64,000 nt of DNA from Bacillales bacterium (GTDB lineage: Bacteria; Bacillota; Bacilli; Bacillales; JAVBJX01): positions 13,604-77,603 of the forward strand of contig JAVBJX010000026.1 of NCBI GenBank assembly GCA_031546705.1, written 5' to 3'. Made by a program: the position numbers and the translations under genes. Positions within the stretch are counted from its first letter, which is position 1, and the number at the start of each line of letters is the position of its first letter. Below, piece after piece: positions 49,681 through 58,622 of the stretch. The notes under the pieces were generated by a model, which worked only from the letters and a program-made list of their open reading frames with translations, was not told the DNA's origin and did no database searches.

Positions 49681-49887
49681 CTGAGTTTGGGATTAGTTCA
49701 CTAAAACATTGATTTTATGGAATTTCTGCAATCATTCATTTCACGGGTCTTTGACATAATTATTTTTTTGGTGTTTTTATGAAATGAATGGTACACTAAA
49801 ACATTGATTTTACAGGATTATGATAACCATTCATTTCATGAATTTTGGACGATTGGGGCAAAATGCCCCTTTTCGTCCAAAACTCAG
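49681..49887 (+). repeat. composite repeat: two loop-conserved hairpin modules nested inside an outer inverted repeat
   Basis: The outer arms are CTGAGTTTGG...CCAAAACTCAG. Copy 3a is TTCACTAAAACATTGATTTTATGGAATTTCTGCAATCATTCATTTCAC. Copy 3b has a 14-bp perfect stem, ATGAAATGAATGGT (49779-49792) with ACCATTCATTTCAT (49826-49839), around the loop ACACTAAAACATTGATTTTACAGGATTATGATA. Confidence 0.75.
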
Positions 49888-49958
49888 TTTGACACAATCA
49901 GTCACCTACAATTAGAATATAACTATAAATATTACAAGTAAGAGGTGAGTAAGCCTTC

Positions 49959-50399
49959 ATGAAAATTAGTAGTAGATTTAGTGTAGCCACGCATATTTTA
50001 GCCCTTCTTCATTTAGAAAAGAAAACGTTGTGTACATCAGAATGGATAGCTAATAGTGTGAATACAAATCCCGTGGTGATTCGGAGAATACTTGGACAAT
50101 TAAAGAAAGCAGAAATCGTTCAAGTCCGCTCAGGTGTTGGGGGATCTTTTTTAATGAAGGAATTAGCAGAAATTACATTGCTAGATGTGTATCACGCAGT
50201 TGAAGTTGTCGATGAGGGTGAACTTTTTCAAGTACATGAAGGAACAAGTGACGAGTGTCTTGTTGGGGCGAATATTTGCTCTGTATTATCTCCGATTGTT
50301 TGTCGTGCCCAATCAACAATGGAACAAGTGTTGGCAGAAATAACAATGGAAGAAGTGGTTACGGATTTAGAAAATAAATTAGGAGGGTGTACTGAATAA
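49959..50399 (+). CDS. Rrf2-family transcriptional regulator with a three-Cys motif
   Basis: N-terminal wHTH (SRFSVATHILALL...NPVVIRRILGQLKKAEIV) and C100-x6-C107-x7-C115 (DECLVGANICSVLSPIVC). Confidence 0.85.
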   Translation: MKISSRFSVATHILALLHLEKKTLCTSEWIANSVNTNPVVIRRILGQLKKAEIVQVRSGVGGSFLMKELAEITLLDVYHAVEVVDEGELFQVHEGTSDECLVGANICSVLSPIVCRAQSTMEQVLAEITMEEVVTDLENKLGGCTE

Positions 50400-50400
50400 A

Positions 50401-51108
50401 ATGACGAAATCAAAAAAGCAAACAACGAGTAGTGCAACTAGCATGAACAACACAAAATTAACATTTTGGACAATTGGTGTGATTGCTTTATGTGTGCTAG
50501 GATTTATTTTAATGGTGATGAATAAAGAAGATAAACCATCGAAAAGTGTAGCAATTGATTATACAAATCAACCATTCTTAGGTAAGGAGGATGCAAAGGT
50601 TAGTATAATTGAATTCGGTGACTATAAATGTCCATCTTGTAAAAATTTCACACAATCCTCTTATCCAGATATCAAAACAAAATTAATTGATACGGGAAAA
50701 GTGAAGTTTTATTTTATGAACGATACCATTGTTAACGTAGATACAGATTCTACACGTTCTGCTCTATTTGCGGAAGCTGTGTATCAACAACTTGGAAATG
50801 AAGCATTCTGGAAATTCCATGAAAATTTATACAAAAACCAACCAGAAGATCCTAACCTTGAAAAAGCGGATTATTTTACGGAAAAATTATTAACGGACAT
50901 ATTGAAAGAAACAGCATCCGCTGAAGAAATACAAAAAGTAGTGACGGTATTTAAAGATAAAAAAGCAGCGGACGCTTTAAAGAAAGATATGGATTATGTG
51001 AAACAATTAAATGTAACAGGCACACCAACCTTAATTGTAAATGGAAAACAATTTACAGGTGATTCAATTGATGATTTAATCAAAATGGCTGAGGAAGCAG
51101 CAAAATGA
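50401..51108 (+). CDS. bdbD: DsbA-family thiol-disulfide oxidoreductase (BdbD-like), membrane-anchored
   Basis: CPSC active site in FGDYKCPSCKNF. N-terminal TM. Followed by an overlapping BdbC-like gene. Confidence 0.85.
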   Translation: MTKSKKQTTSSATSMNNTKLTFWTIGVIALCVLGFILMVMNKEDKPSKSVAIDYTNQPFLGKEDAKVSIIEFGDYKCPSCKNFTQSSYPDIKTKLIDTGKVKFYFMNDTIVNVDTDSTRSALFAEAVYQQLGNEAFWKFHENLYKNQPEDPNLEKADYFTEKLLTDILKETASAEEIQKVVTVFKDKKAADALKKDMDYVKQLNVTGTPTLIVNGKQFTGDSIDDLIKMAEEAAK

Positions 51109-51509
51109 ACAAACCTCTTCTTTTTGGGTGGATTGTTTCTATTGTAGCAACGTTAGGTAGCTTGTATTTTAGTGAAGTTAAGCATTTTATTCCATGCGAA
51201 CTTTGTTGGTATCAGCGAATTTTTATGTATCCTATCGTTCTTTTATTAGGTGTTGCTTTCTATCAAAATGACCAAAAAGTTTACAAATATATTTTGTCAT
51301 TGTCCGTGATTGGACTTGCTATATCAACATATCATACAGCATTACAAAAACTTCCATCATTGCAAGGTTTCGGTTCATGTTCAAGCAGTGCTCCATGTAC
51401 GAGAGATTATATTAACTGGTTTGGTTTTGTTACAATTCCAATCTTAGCATTAGTTGCTTTTCTTTTAATTACTATTAGTATGGTGGTTGTGAGAAGAAAT
51501 TCAAGGTGA
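51105..51509 (+). CDS. bdbC: disulfide bond formation protein B homologue (BdbC-like)
   Basis: 134 aa, 4 TM, CxxC motif CELCWYQR, second Cys pair in the loop (GSCSSSAPC). Confidence 0.85.
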   Translation: MNKPLLFGWIVSIVATLGSLYFSEVKHFIPCELCWYQRIFMYPIVLLLGVAFYQNDQKVYKYILSLSVIGLAISTYHTALQKLPSLQGFGSCSSSAPCTRDYINWFGFVTIPILALVAFLLITISMVVVRRNSR

Positions 51510-51564
51510 GAATAGGGTAAATGAAAAATACTTAAGAGTAAATATGGTGTAAATTTTAAATAAG

Positions 51565-51603
51565 GCTTGGTCAAAAGGGGTAAAACACTCCAATTGACCA
51601 AGC
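51565..51603. terminator. bidirectional terminator-like hairpin between bdbC and the histidine kinase gene
   Basis: GCTTGGTCAA...TTGACCAAGC 10-bp stem. On the minus strand the loop reads CAATTGGAGTGTTTT, the same loop motif as the other terminator-like repeat hairpins. Confidence 0.6.
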
Positions 51604-51631
51604 TTCATTTAATGAATAGTTGATTTCTCTC

Positions 51632-53011
51632 CTATTCACATGGAATAGAGATAATAAAGGTTGTTCCTTTTTCTAATTCACTTTCCGCTTCAATCGTTCC
51701 ATTGTGAAGTTCTATAATTTCTTTGACAACCGCTAAACCTAGACCAGTACCGCCAGTAGATCTTGTTCTTGATTTATCTACTCGATAAAAACGTTTAAAG
51801 ATATGGGGTAAATCTTCAGCAGGAATGCCTACTCCTTCATCTTCAATCGTCATTACCAAGCAATCAAGTTGTTCCATTACCTTAATAGTAATAGTGGAGT
51901 GTTTGTAGGCATATTGGTAAGAATTCATTAGTAAGTTTTGTAATACTTGATAGAATCGGTTAACATCCATATTTACATAAGTATCCATATGGCAATGAAT
52001 ATCTAATGTAATGTTCTTCTCTAGTAAAATACTAGAGAGTTTATCATGTACATTTCTTAGTAAGTCGTAAACGCAATGTTTAGTTTTATGTATAATAAAA
52101 TTATGATGTTCCGATTGAGCAAGAAACATCAAATCTTGAACAAGCTCCGTTATTCGGTCTATTTCTTCTTTGATAATGTGTAAATACTCATTTCTTTCAC
52201 TATCCTTCACAGAATCTTTTGAGGCAAGATCAGCATAACCTCTGATAAATGTTAAAGGGGTTCGTAATTCATGAGCAACCGTTGCCAGAAATTCATTTCT
52301 TTCTTTTTTTATAAAATCTAATTCAGAAGCTAATTTTTGGATGGAATTTGCTAAATCACTAATTTCATCATTTGATTGCATATCAAATGCTACGGATAAA
52401 TTTCCTTTTGCCATTTTCTCCGTTTCTTCTTTCATGGAAATCAAAGGCTTAGTAAGACTCTTTGATAAGAATAATGTAGTAATAATGGTAATTAAAAAAG
52501 TTATTACACCTGTTAATAAGAAAATCATTTTTAGACGAAAAATGAGTGCTTGGATAGATTTAGTATTTAAAAACATATAGACATAGCCTGCCGTACGATT
52601 ATTCAAATTGATTGGGCTGACAGTAGAGATATAATTATCCCCTTTCCAATCGGAGTGGATAATAGATCCATTTTCTTTGATATGTGATTTATTTAATGAC
52701 AAATGTTCTTTCATTAAAGAATCAAGTGGATGAGATTTGCCAAGTATTTTTTCATCAACGGATTGAATCACTACTTTCGTTTCGGCTTCCGACTCCATTA
52801 AAGCAACGTGCTTAATTGTTTCGCTAGTAAAGTGTTTTTCTAATACATCACGATGACTATTACCCCTAGTAATAAGTGAATGAATTTCTTCATCAACTCT
52901 GGTTTTGACTAGCGAAACATATAAAGTTGAAAATAATAGCGTCTCAATTAGTAAAGTTAAAATTAAAAAAGCTAACCCAAGCTTAACAGAAATAGATTTT
53001 GTTCTAAACAT
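51632..53011 (-). CDS. sensor histidine kinase (2 TM, periplasmic-type sensor, HAMP, HisKA, HATPase_c)
   Basis: H-box ATVAHELRTPLTFIRGY, N-box NLLMNSYQY, G-boxes DEGVGI and GGTGLGLAVVKEI. Confidence 0.9.
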   Translation of the reverse strand: MFRTKSISVKLGLAFLILTLLIETLLFSTLYVSLVKTRVDEEIHSLITRGNSHRDVLEKHFTSETIKHVALMESEAETKVVIQSVDEKILGKSHPLDSLMKEHLSLNKSHIKENGSIIHSDWKGDNYISTVSPINLNNRTAGYVYMFLNTKSIQALIFRLKMIFLLTGVITFLITIITTLFLSKSLTKPLISMKEETEKMAKGNLSVAFDMQSNDEISDLANSIQKLASELDFIKKERNEFLATVAHELRTPLTFIRGYADLASKDSVKDSERNEYLHIIKEEIDRITELVQDLMFLAQSEHHNFIIHKTKHCVYDLLRNVHDKLSSILLEKNITLDIHCHMDTYVNMDVNRFYQVLQNLLMNSYQYAYKHSTITIKVMEQLDCLVMTIEDEGVGIPAEDLPHIFKRFYRVDKSRTRSTGGTGLGLAVVKEIIELHNGTIEAESELEKGTTFIISIPCE

Positions 53012-53020
53012 AATATCTCC

Positions 53021-53695
53021 TTAACTATTGGATAACCATTTGTATCCAACCCCATAGACAGATTTCAAATAATCATCAATTGGATAATTTGACATTCGCA
53101 ATTTATCTCGCAAATTACGAATGTGTGAATCAACCGTTCTTCCTTCTGTATCTGCTGAAAATCCCCATACTTTTTCAATTAAATGTTCTCTACTAAAAAT
53201 TTGATTGACATGACAAAGAAATAGTCCAAGTAATGAAAATTCAATGGGTGTAAGTGTGATAGATGAATGTTTGTAAGTAACAAGATGTTTTTGCGGATCC
53301 CATACCAGATTATTAAAAGATACTCGTTTAATGGCTAATGTTCTCCGCAGTATTGCATTTATTCTTTCGAGTAATTCATCTTCATGAAATGGCTTTGTGA
53401 TATAGTCATCCGATCCAATTTTTAATCCGTGTACAATATCATTCTTTTGATCACGAGCGGTTACCATAATAATTGGAACGTCACTAAACTCTCTAATTTT
53501 TTGACACGTTTCCCACCCATCCATTACAGGCATCATCACATCAAGTAGTACTAAGTCATACTGATTTTGTGTTAAATAAGTAATTGCCTCTTCGCCTGAG
53601 TAGGCTTTTGTACAATGGTATTGATGCGGAGTAAGATATAGAGCTAGTAAATCAAGCATTCTAGGTTCATCATCAACAAGTAAAATAGAAATCAT
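53021..53695 (-). CDS. OmpR/PhoB-family response regulator
   Basis: Receiver domain (LLVDDEP, DLVLLDVMMP, ITKPF) plus a winged-helix C-terminus (VDSHIRNLRDKL...YGVGYKW). Confidence 0.9.
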   Translation of the reverse strand: MISILLVDDEPRMLDLLALYLTPHQYHCTKAYSGEEAITYLTQNQYDLVLLDVMMPVMDGWETCQKIREFSDVPIIMVTARDQKNDIVHGLKIGSDDYITKPFHEDELLERINAILRRTLAIKRVSFNNLVWDPQKHLVTYKHSSITLTPIEFSLLGLFLCHVNQIFSREHLIEKVWGFSADTEGRTVDSHIRNLRDKLRMSNYPIDDYLKSVYGVGYKWLSNS

Positions 53696-53741
53696 ATGAA
53701 CACTTCCCTGATATTTTTCCCTTTACTATATCATAAAAAAT

Positions 53742-53810
53742 TGCAGAAATTATGCAGATTGGTTACGATTTTCTTCAATGTTTTTACATCATTTCTGCAC
53801 TTTTTCTGCA
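53742..53810. promoter_or_regulatory. two oppositely oriented pairs of 11-bp-phased TCTGCA direct repeats (candidate response-regulator boxes)
   Basis: TGCAGAaattaTGCAGA (53742-53758, reads aTCTGCAtaatTTCTGCA toward the regulator gene) and TTCTGCActttTTCTGCA (53793-53810, toward the oxidase gene). TATACA lies ~9 nt downstream of the second pair. Confidence 0.55.
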
Positions 53811-53946
53811 CATATATAGTATACACTATGAAAAAAAGGAGGAAATGTAACAGTAGAAATATGTTATTATGTCGCCTTGCTACTAACAGTATGCAAGATA
53901 TTAATTGTAATCGCTTTGATAAATCAAAGATGAAAAGGAGAAAATA

Positions 53947-55443
53947 ATGAGTAAGAAATTGGTTTTTAGCGTAGTGGCTATTATTATCACTCTACTTTTA
54001 GGTGTTTCAGTAGGAATGATATGGGGGAGAAGTCAATCTTCGCATTCTATGGATAATAGTCATATGATGAGTGATGGTACTAAGATGGATAATGATCATA
54101 TGATGAGGATGGAACACGGGGCGGTAGAACTGAATAACAGCAAACAGAAAGAACGGCAACTCGCCATACCTACAATGTTACAGCCGGATAAAGATACTGG
54201 GAAAGATATTACTTATACAGTAGTTGCTAACAAAGGAGAAATGAATTTTAAAGACGGAAAAAAAACAAAAACGCTTGGTTATAATGGGAATTTTCTTGGA
54301 CCAGTATTAAAAATAAAAAAAGGTCAAACGGTTCACATCAAAACAGAAAATCAATTATCAGAAGAAACTTCTTTTCATTGGCATGGGTTAGTTCTACCCT
54401 CTAGTGCAGATGGTGGACCACACCAACCTATACAATCTGGTAAAACAAAACAAGTTGACTTTACTGTAAATCAAGAGGCAGCAACATTATGGTTTCATCC
54501 GCATCCAATGGGAAAGACTGCGAAACAAGTTTATGAAGGATTAGCAGGACTTCTTTATGTAGAGGATGACAAACAATTAGATATTCCAAAAAACTATGGA
54601 AAAGATGATATTCCTGTTATTGTTCAAGACAGAAAATTGAACGAGAATAATCAATTTGATTATGAAAATGATCTAAATCCAGATGGAACAACAGGAAATA
54701 CATTACTTATAAATGGAACAATTAATCCGTATTTTAACGTCACAAGTGAAAAAATTAGATTACGTTTAGTGAATGGCTCTAATGCTAGAAACTATAACTT
54801 TACCTTAGATGATCATTCTGACTTTACGCAAATTGCAACGGATGGAGGTTTTTTAGAAAAACCAGTATCTCTAAAAAAATTACCTTTATCTCCAGGAGAA
54901 CGGGCGGAGATTGTAGTAGATACAAGTAAATATAAAAAAGGCAGTCAAGTTCGTTTGATGGATGGCAATATCACCATATTATTACTTAAAATGGCTGATA
55001 GAGAAAAAAGCAACCCGTTACCTAGCAAGCTAAATCAAATTAATTCACCGTTAAAAGGAATAGAAAATATACACGTTGAAAAAATAGAAATAGCGGGCAT
55101 GGGACATATGGTTACTATCGATGGTAAGACATTTGATATGAATAGAATCGACAAAAACATCAAACAAGGAAAAGAAGAAGTTTGGGAAATATATAATGCT
55201 CCTGATATGATGGGCGATATGATTCATCCATTTCATATTCATGGTGTTCAATTCCAAATTATTTCCAGAAATGGTAAAATTCCATCAGCAAATGAACAAG
55301 GATGGAAAGATACGGTTGCTATCCATCCAAAAGAAACAGTAAAATTACGAGCTGAATTTAAAGAAAAAGGAGTGTTCATGTACCATTGCCATATTCTTGA
55401 ACATGAAGAAAATGGTATGATGGGGCAGTTTGAAGTTGAGTAA
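53947..55443 (+). CDS. multicopper oxidase (three-domain, CueO/CotA class)
   Basis: Copper-ligand motifs HWHG, HPHP, HPFHIHG and HCHILEHEENGMM. N-terminal TM/signal. His/Met-rich segment (HSMDNSHMMSDGTKMDNDHMMRMEH). Confidence 0.9.
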   Translation: MSKKLVFSVVAIIITLLLGVSVGMIWGRSQSSHSMDNSHMMSDGTKMDNDHMMRMEHGAVELNNSKQKERQLAIPTMLQPDKDTGKDITYTVVANKGEMNFKDGKKTKTLGYNGNFLGPVLKIKKGQTVHIKTENQLSEETSFHWHGLVLPSSADGGPHQPIQSGKTKQVDFTVNQEAATLWFHPHPMGKTAKQVYEGLAGLLYVEDDKQLDIPKNYGKDDIPVIVQDRKLNENNQFDYENDLNPDGTTGNTLLINGTINPYFNVTSEKIRLRLVNGSNARNYNFTLDDHSDFTQIATDGGFLEKPVSLKKLPLSPGERAEIVVDTSKYKKGSQVRLMDGNITILLLKMADREKSNPLPSKLNQINSPLKGIENIHVEKIEIAGMGHMVTIDGKTFDMNRIDKNIKQGKEEVWEIYNAPDMMGDMIHPFHIHGVQFQIISRNGKIPSANEQGWKDTVAIHPKETVKLRAEFKEKGVFMYHCHILEHEENGMMGQFEVE

Positions 55444-55587
55444 TAGAAAAATAATTTCCACAGCCTAGAAACTGCGAAATCTGCTATTATAGAGTATACC
55501 TTAGTTTATTCATAAGTGATATAATTTGAATAGCTCACTTTAATACAAATAGTAAACTACCAAAACACACTAATGGAGGAAATTATT

Positions 55588-56073
55588 TTGAAAAAACAAG
55601 TATCTATTCTATTGTTGGCTAGTCTTGTATTAGCTGGTTGTAGTAAGGAAGTCGAACACAAAGAAGAATCAGCAGCTCCTGTAGAATCAGCAATTCCTGT
55701 AGAAATAACAAAAAGTCTTGAAATATTACCAAGTTTTGTAAATGGTCATCCTGATATTGTTGCCCTTGCTTACAAAACAGCGGCTAAAAATCAAGAACTA
55801 CTCACATATATTCCTTGTTATTGCGGATGTGGAGATAGTATTCAGCATAAAGACAATTTAGATTGTTTTATTAAAGAAATAAAAGAAAATGGGGAAGTTG
55901 TTTGGGATGAGCATGGTGTAAATTGTGATGTATGTATTGAAACAGCGATTGAATCTGCACAGCAACATCAAGATAAAGTGCCAGCAAGTGAAATCAGAAA
56001 ATATATTGATGAGAAATATAAAGAAGGTTATTCAGAACCAACAAAAACAGAAATGCCACCAGCAAGTTTGTAG
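55588..56073 (+). CDS. PCYCGC-motif lipoprotein
   Basis: The likely TTG start at 55588 lies 8 nt after GGAGG. Lipobox LVLAGC. Literal motif IPCYCGCGDS plus a later CDVC. Confidence 0.7.
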   Translation: MKKQVSILLLASLVLAGCSKEVEHKEESAAPVESAIPVEITKSLEILPSFVNGHPDIVALAYKTAAKNQELLTYIPCYCGCGDSIQHKDNLDCFIKEIKENGEVVWDEHGVNCDVCIETAIESAQQHQDKVPASEIRKYIDEKYKEGYSEPTKTEMPPASL

Positions 56074-56138
56074 TGTCAAAAAGAGTGGTATTGTCCGGGA
56101 AATAATGTAAAAACTATTTTGTAGGAAGGAGGTTTTTT

Positions 56139-56834
56139 ATGTTAAAGAAAATATTTGCTGAAAATATGGGTGTTAGCAATTTAGGATGGTTAAGAAGTAA
56201 ATTTCATTTTTCATTTGCAGAGTATCATAACCCAGAGAATATTAATTTTGGTGTTTTGCGTGTATTAAATGATGACTTAATTGCGGCTGGTACGGGATTT
56301 GATACACATCCACATCGGGATATGGAAATTATTTCCTATGTAATTGATGGTTTTTTAACACATGGAGATAGTATGGGGAACAAACAAACATTAAAACGTG
56401 GAGATGTGCAGTATATGAGTGCAGGTACTGGTGTATACCATAGTGAACATAATTTAGGCAAAGAAACGGGAAGATTTTTACAAATCTGGATTATGCCAGA
56501 TAAGCGTGGTTATACGCCAAATTATGGCGATCACCGTTTTACAGAAGAGGATAGACATAACAAATGGTTATATATCGCTTCTCAAGACGACGATGCTCCT
56601 GTGAAAATTAATCAAGATATTCATATGTATGTACTTGAATTAGACACTGGAAGAGAAGAAACATTTACAGTTGGATCAAATAGACAAGCCTATTTAGTAC
56701 AGATTGAAGGTTCCTCTAAGATTAATGATGTGACACTTGATGAAAGAGATGCACTGGAAATTGTAGAGGAAGATATTACGATTCAAGCGAGTAAAAATTC
56801 TCATTTCCTTGTGATTGAGATGGAGAAAAGCTAA
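56139..56834 (+). CDS. pirin-family protein
   Basis: Cupin metal motif HPHRDMEIISYV and HSEHN. 231 aa. Confidence 0.88.
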   Translation: MLKKIFAENMGVSNLGWLRSKFHFSFAEYHNPENINFGVLRVLNDDLIAAGTGFDTHPHRDMEIISYVIDGFLTHGDSMGNKQTLKRGDVQYMSAGTGVYHSEHNLGKETGRFLQIWIMPDKRGYTPNYGDHRFTEEDRHNKWLYIASQDDDAPVKINQDIHMYVLELDTGREETFTVGSNRQAYLVQIEGSSKINDVTLDERDALEIVEEDITIQASKNSHFLVIEMEKS

Positions 56835-56835
56835 T

Positions 56836-56885
56836 ATGTATACAAAAAAACGAGCTAACAAGATGGCTCGTTTTTTTGTATACAT
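56836..56885. terminator. bidirectional terminator (20-bp perfect inverted repeat)
   Basis: ATGTATACAAAAAAACGAGC taacaagatg GCTCGTTTTTTTGTATACAT. Confidence 0.8.
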
Positions 56886-56934
56886 CAAGCTAATTGTGGG
56901 AAATACTGGTGCAGAAGTTTTTTGAAGAGTTTTT

Positions 56935-57000
56935 AGTGAAATGAAAGTTTCATCAAAATGATGATTCTACAGGATTTTGGCAACTATTCATTTTACGAGG
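56935..57000 (+). repeat. dispersed hairpin repeat copy 5 (diverged)
   Basis: GTGAAATGAAAGTT-TCATCAAAATGATGATTCTACAGGATTTTGGC-AACTATTCATTTTAC. The stem is retained with one indel. Confidence 0.6.
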
Positions 57001-57039
57001 TTTTTGCAATCGAGGTGTATTTCCCCCCTAACTCTCTTA

Positions 57040-57660
57040 TTAGTTTCTACATACATAATCGGCTATTTCTACAGGTTTTTCGGTACACAGATAGTGATCT
57101 TCACCTTTCCAATATCTTTCTTCATATTTCTTCATACGGTCTTCCATGCTACCAATATACGTATCTCTCTTCAAGACCCGTTCATACCTTGTTTGGCGTG
57201 AGCAGTCAAGGTATATAACAAAATTAAAAAAACTTCGCCATTCTTTTCGCTGTAAAAAAATTCCTTCTATGATGCAAATAGTGTTCTTCTCTAAGAAAAA
57301 AGATTGCTCGGTAAGCGAATCATTTTCTTTATTATAGAAAGGAAGGTGAATATTTGTATTTCCACATTTAAGTGGTTGGAATAACTTTTCTTGGAGCATG
57401 GCAATATCCCATTGTAATTGATAATACTCATACCAACTTTCAAAACCTGTGTTATACCTCTCATCTGCTCGGGTAATGTGATTATCCATATGAATAACAC
57501 AAATAGAAATATTTTTCGCTGCAAAAAATATTTCTAAGTCATGAGTAATTGTAGATTTTCCTGCACCGCTAAGACCATCTAGCCCAACAATAAAATGGGT
57601 GGATGTATCTTTTTTCTCTGTGTAGCAATGTAAGATTTCAGAAGTTAGTACAGTTATCAT
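57040..57660 (-). CDS. P-loop kinase of the uridine kinase/phosphoribulokinase-like family
   Basis: Walker A GLDGLSGAGKST. 206 aa. Substrate not assignable. Confidence 0.65.
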   Translation of the reverse strand: MITVLTSEILHCYTEKKDTSTHFIVGLDGLSGAGKSTITHDLEIFFAAKNISICVIHMDNHITRADERYNTGFESWYEYYQLQWDIAMLQEKLFQPLKCGNTNIHLPFYNKENDSLTEQSFFLEKNTICIIEGIFLQRKEWRSFFNFVIYLDCSRQTRYERVLKRDTYIGSMEDRMKKYEERYWKGEDHYLCTEKPVEIADYVCRN

Positions 57661-57776
57661 GTTAGCTAAAACTCTCCTTGATTCAGAATAGCAAAAAATT
57701 AATTTTCAAGATTTAGAAATAAACCTTAAAAACTAAACCTGTTTACTTGTGTAGGCTGTTTCCTGTTTTCGTTCTT

Positions 57777-58151
57777 TTATTTTAATGAGAATCCTTCATT
57801 GAAGTTTGTATATATTGTATTAGTAGATAAGAGCTCATGTATATATCGCTCTACTTTTCCTTTGTCCCGTTCCGTTAGTTGACCGAATTTTATTAGCGTT
57901 TCAATGTCGTCTGGTATATGTAACTTTGATTCTTCATCGCCTCCTGTAATAAGCCAATCAACGGTAACACCTAATGCACGGCTTATTAAAAATAAGTTTT
58001 CCGCTGAAACATTAACAACTCCACGCTCTATTTTGCTTAGAGCTCCCTGAGTAACCCCTGTTGAAGCGAACAAATCCTCGTGAGTTAAATTTTTCTTTTT
58101 TCTTGCTTGTTTTATCCGTTCTCCTACCAAATTTTTAAAATCAATTAGCAT
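57777..58151 (-). CDS. XRE-family HTH regulator (cI-like, 124 aa)
   Basis: HTH KNLTHEDLFASTGVTQGALSKIERG plus a ~55-aa C-terminal domain. GGAGG SD. Confidence 0.8.
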   Translation of the reverse strand: MLIDFKNLVGERIKQARKKKNLTHEDLFASTGVTQGALSKIERGVVNVSAENLFLISRALGVTVDWLITGGDEESKLHIPDDIETLIKFGQLTERDKGKVERYIHELLSTNTIYTNFNEGFSLK

Positions 58152-58174
58152 AGTAAATACCTCCAGTAAATCAA

Positions 58175-58283
58175 ATTCTTATAAGAATAGTTTCGTTGAC
58201 TTGATTCTTGTGAGAATATATAATGATAGTAATAAGATTAGTAAACTTCATTACTTTTATACTATCATATTTTTGCTTATAAG
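58175..58283. promoter_or_regulatory. divergent control region: consensus promoter plus CTTATAAG palindromes
   Basis: 14-bp perfect palindrome ATTCTTATAAGAAT (58175-58188). Promoter TTGACT (58196-58201), 17-nt spacer, TATAAT (58219-58224), reading toward 58311. Second CTTATAAG at 58276-58283. Confidence 0.6.
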
Positions 58284-58310
58284 ATATAGGAAGAAGGAGG
58301 GGAAAATAAT

Positions 58311-58493
58311 ATGGGACTGACAGATTTTGGTAGGGATGTAAAAAAACGGTTAATTGAGTTAGGAATGACACAACGAGAACTGGCAGAAAAGATTGGAACA
58401 AGTAGTCAATACTTAAACGCAATTTTAAATGGAAGAAAAACAGGCGAAAAGTATGTGCCTAAAATTATTCAATTTATGGATGAAGAGAAATAA
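58311..58493 (+). CDS. small XRE-family HTH protein (Cro-like, 60 aa)
   Basis: HTH GMTQRELAEKIGTSSQYLNAILNGRK. GGAGGGG SD. Confidence 0.75.
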   Translation: MGLTDFGRDVKKRLIELGMTQRELAEKIGTSSQYLNAILNGRKTGEKYVPKIIQFMDEEK

Positions 58494-58622
58494 CTTACAA
58501 AGATCTAATTGAAAAATATATGGGCATTACAAATAGCTTACATGCTCTATACAGAAGCGGTGAAGTATAGAGCTTATGATAAAAATAAGGTTAGGAAATA
58601 AATCGGTTTGAAGGGGTTTTAA

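Noticed and set aside
53696-53947. 83-aa ORF (and a nested 39-aa Lys/Arg/Cys-rich ORF) filling the regulator/oxidase intergenic region
   Set aside because: It has no SD, and its composition is driven by promoter-type AT-rich sequence. The region is better explained by divergent promoters and regulator boxes.
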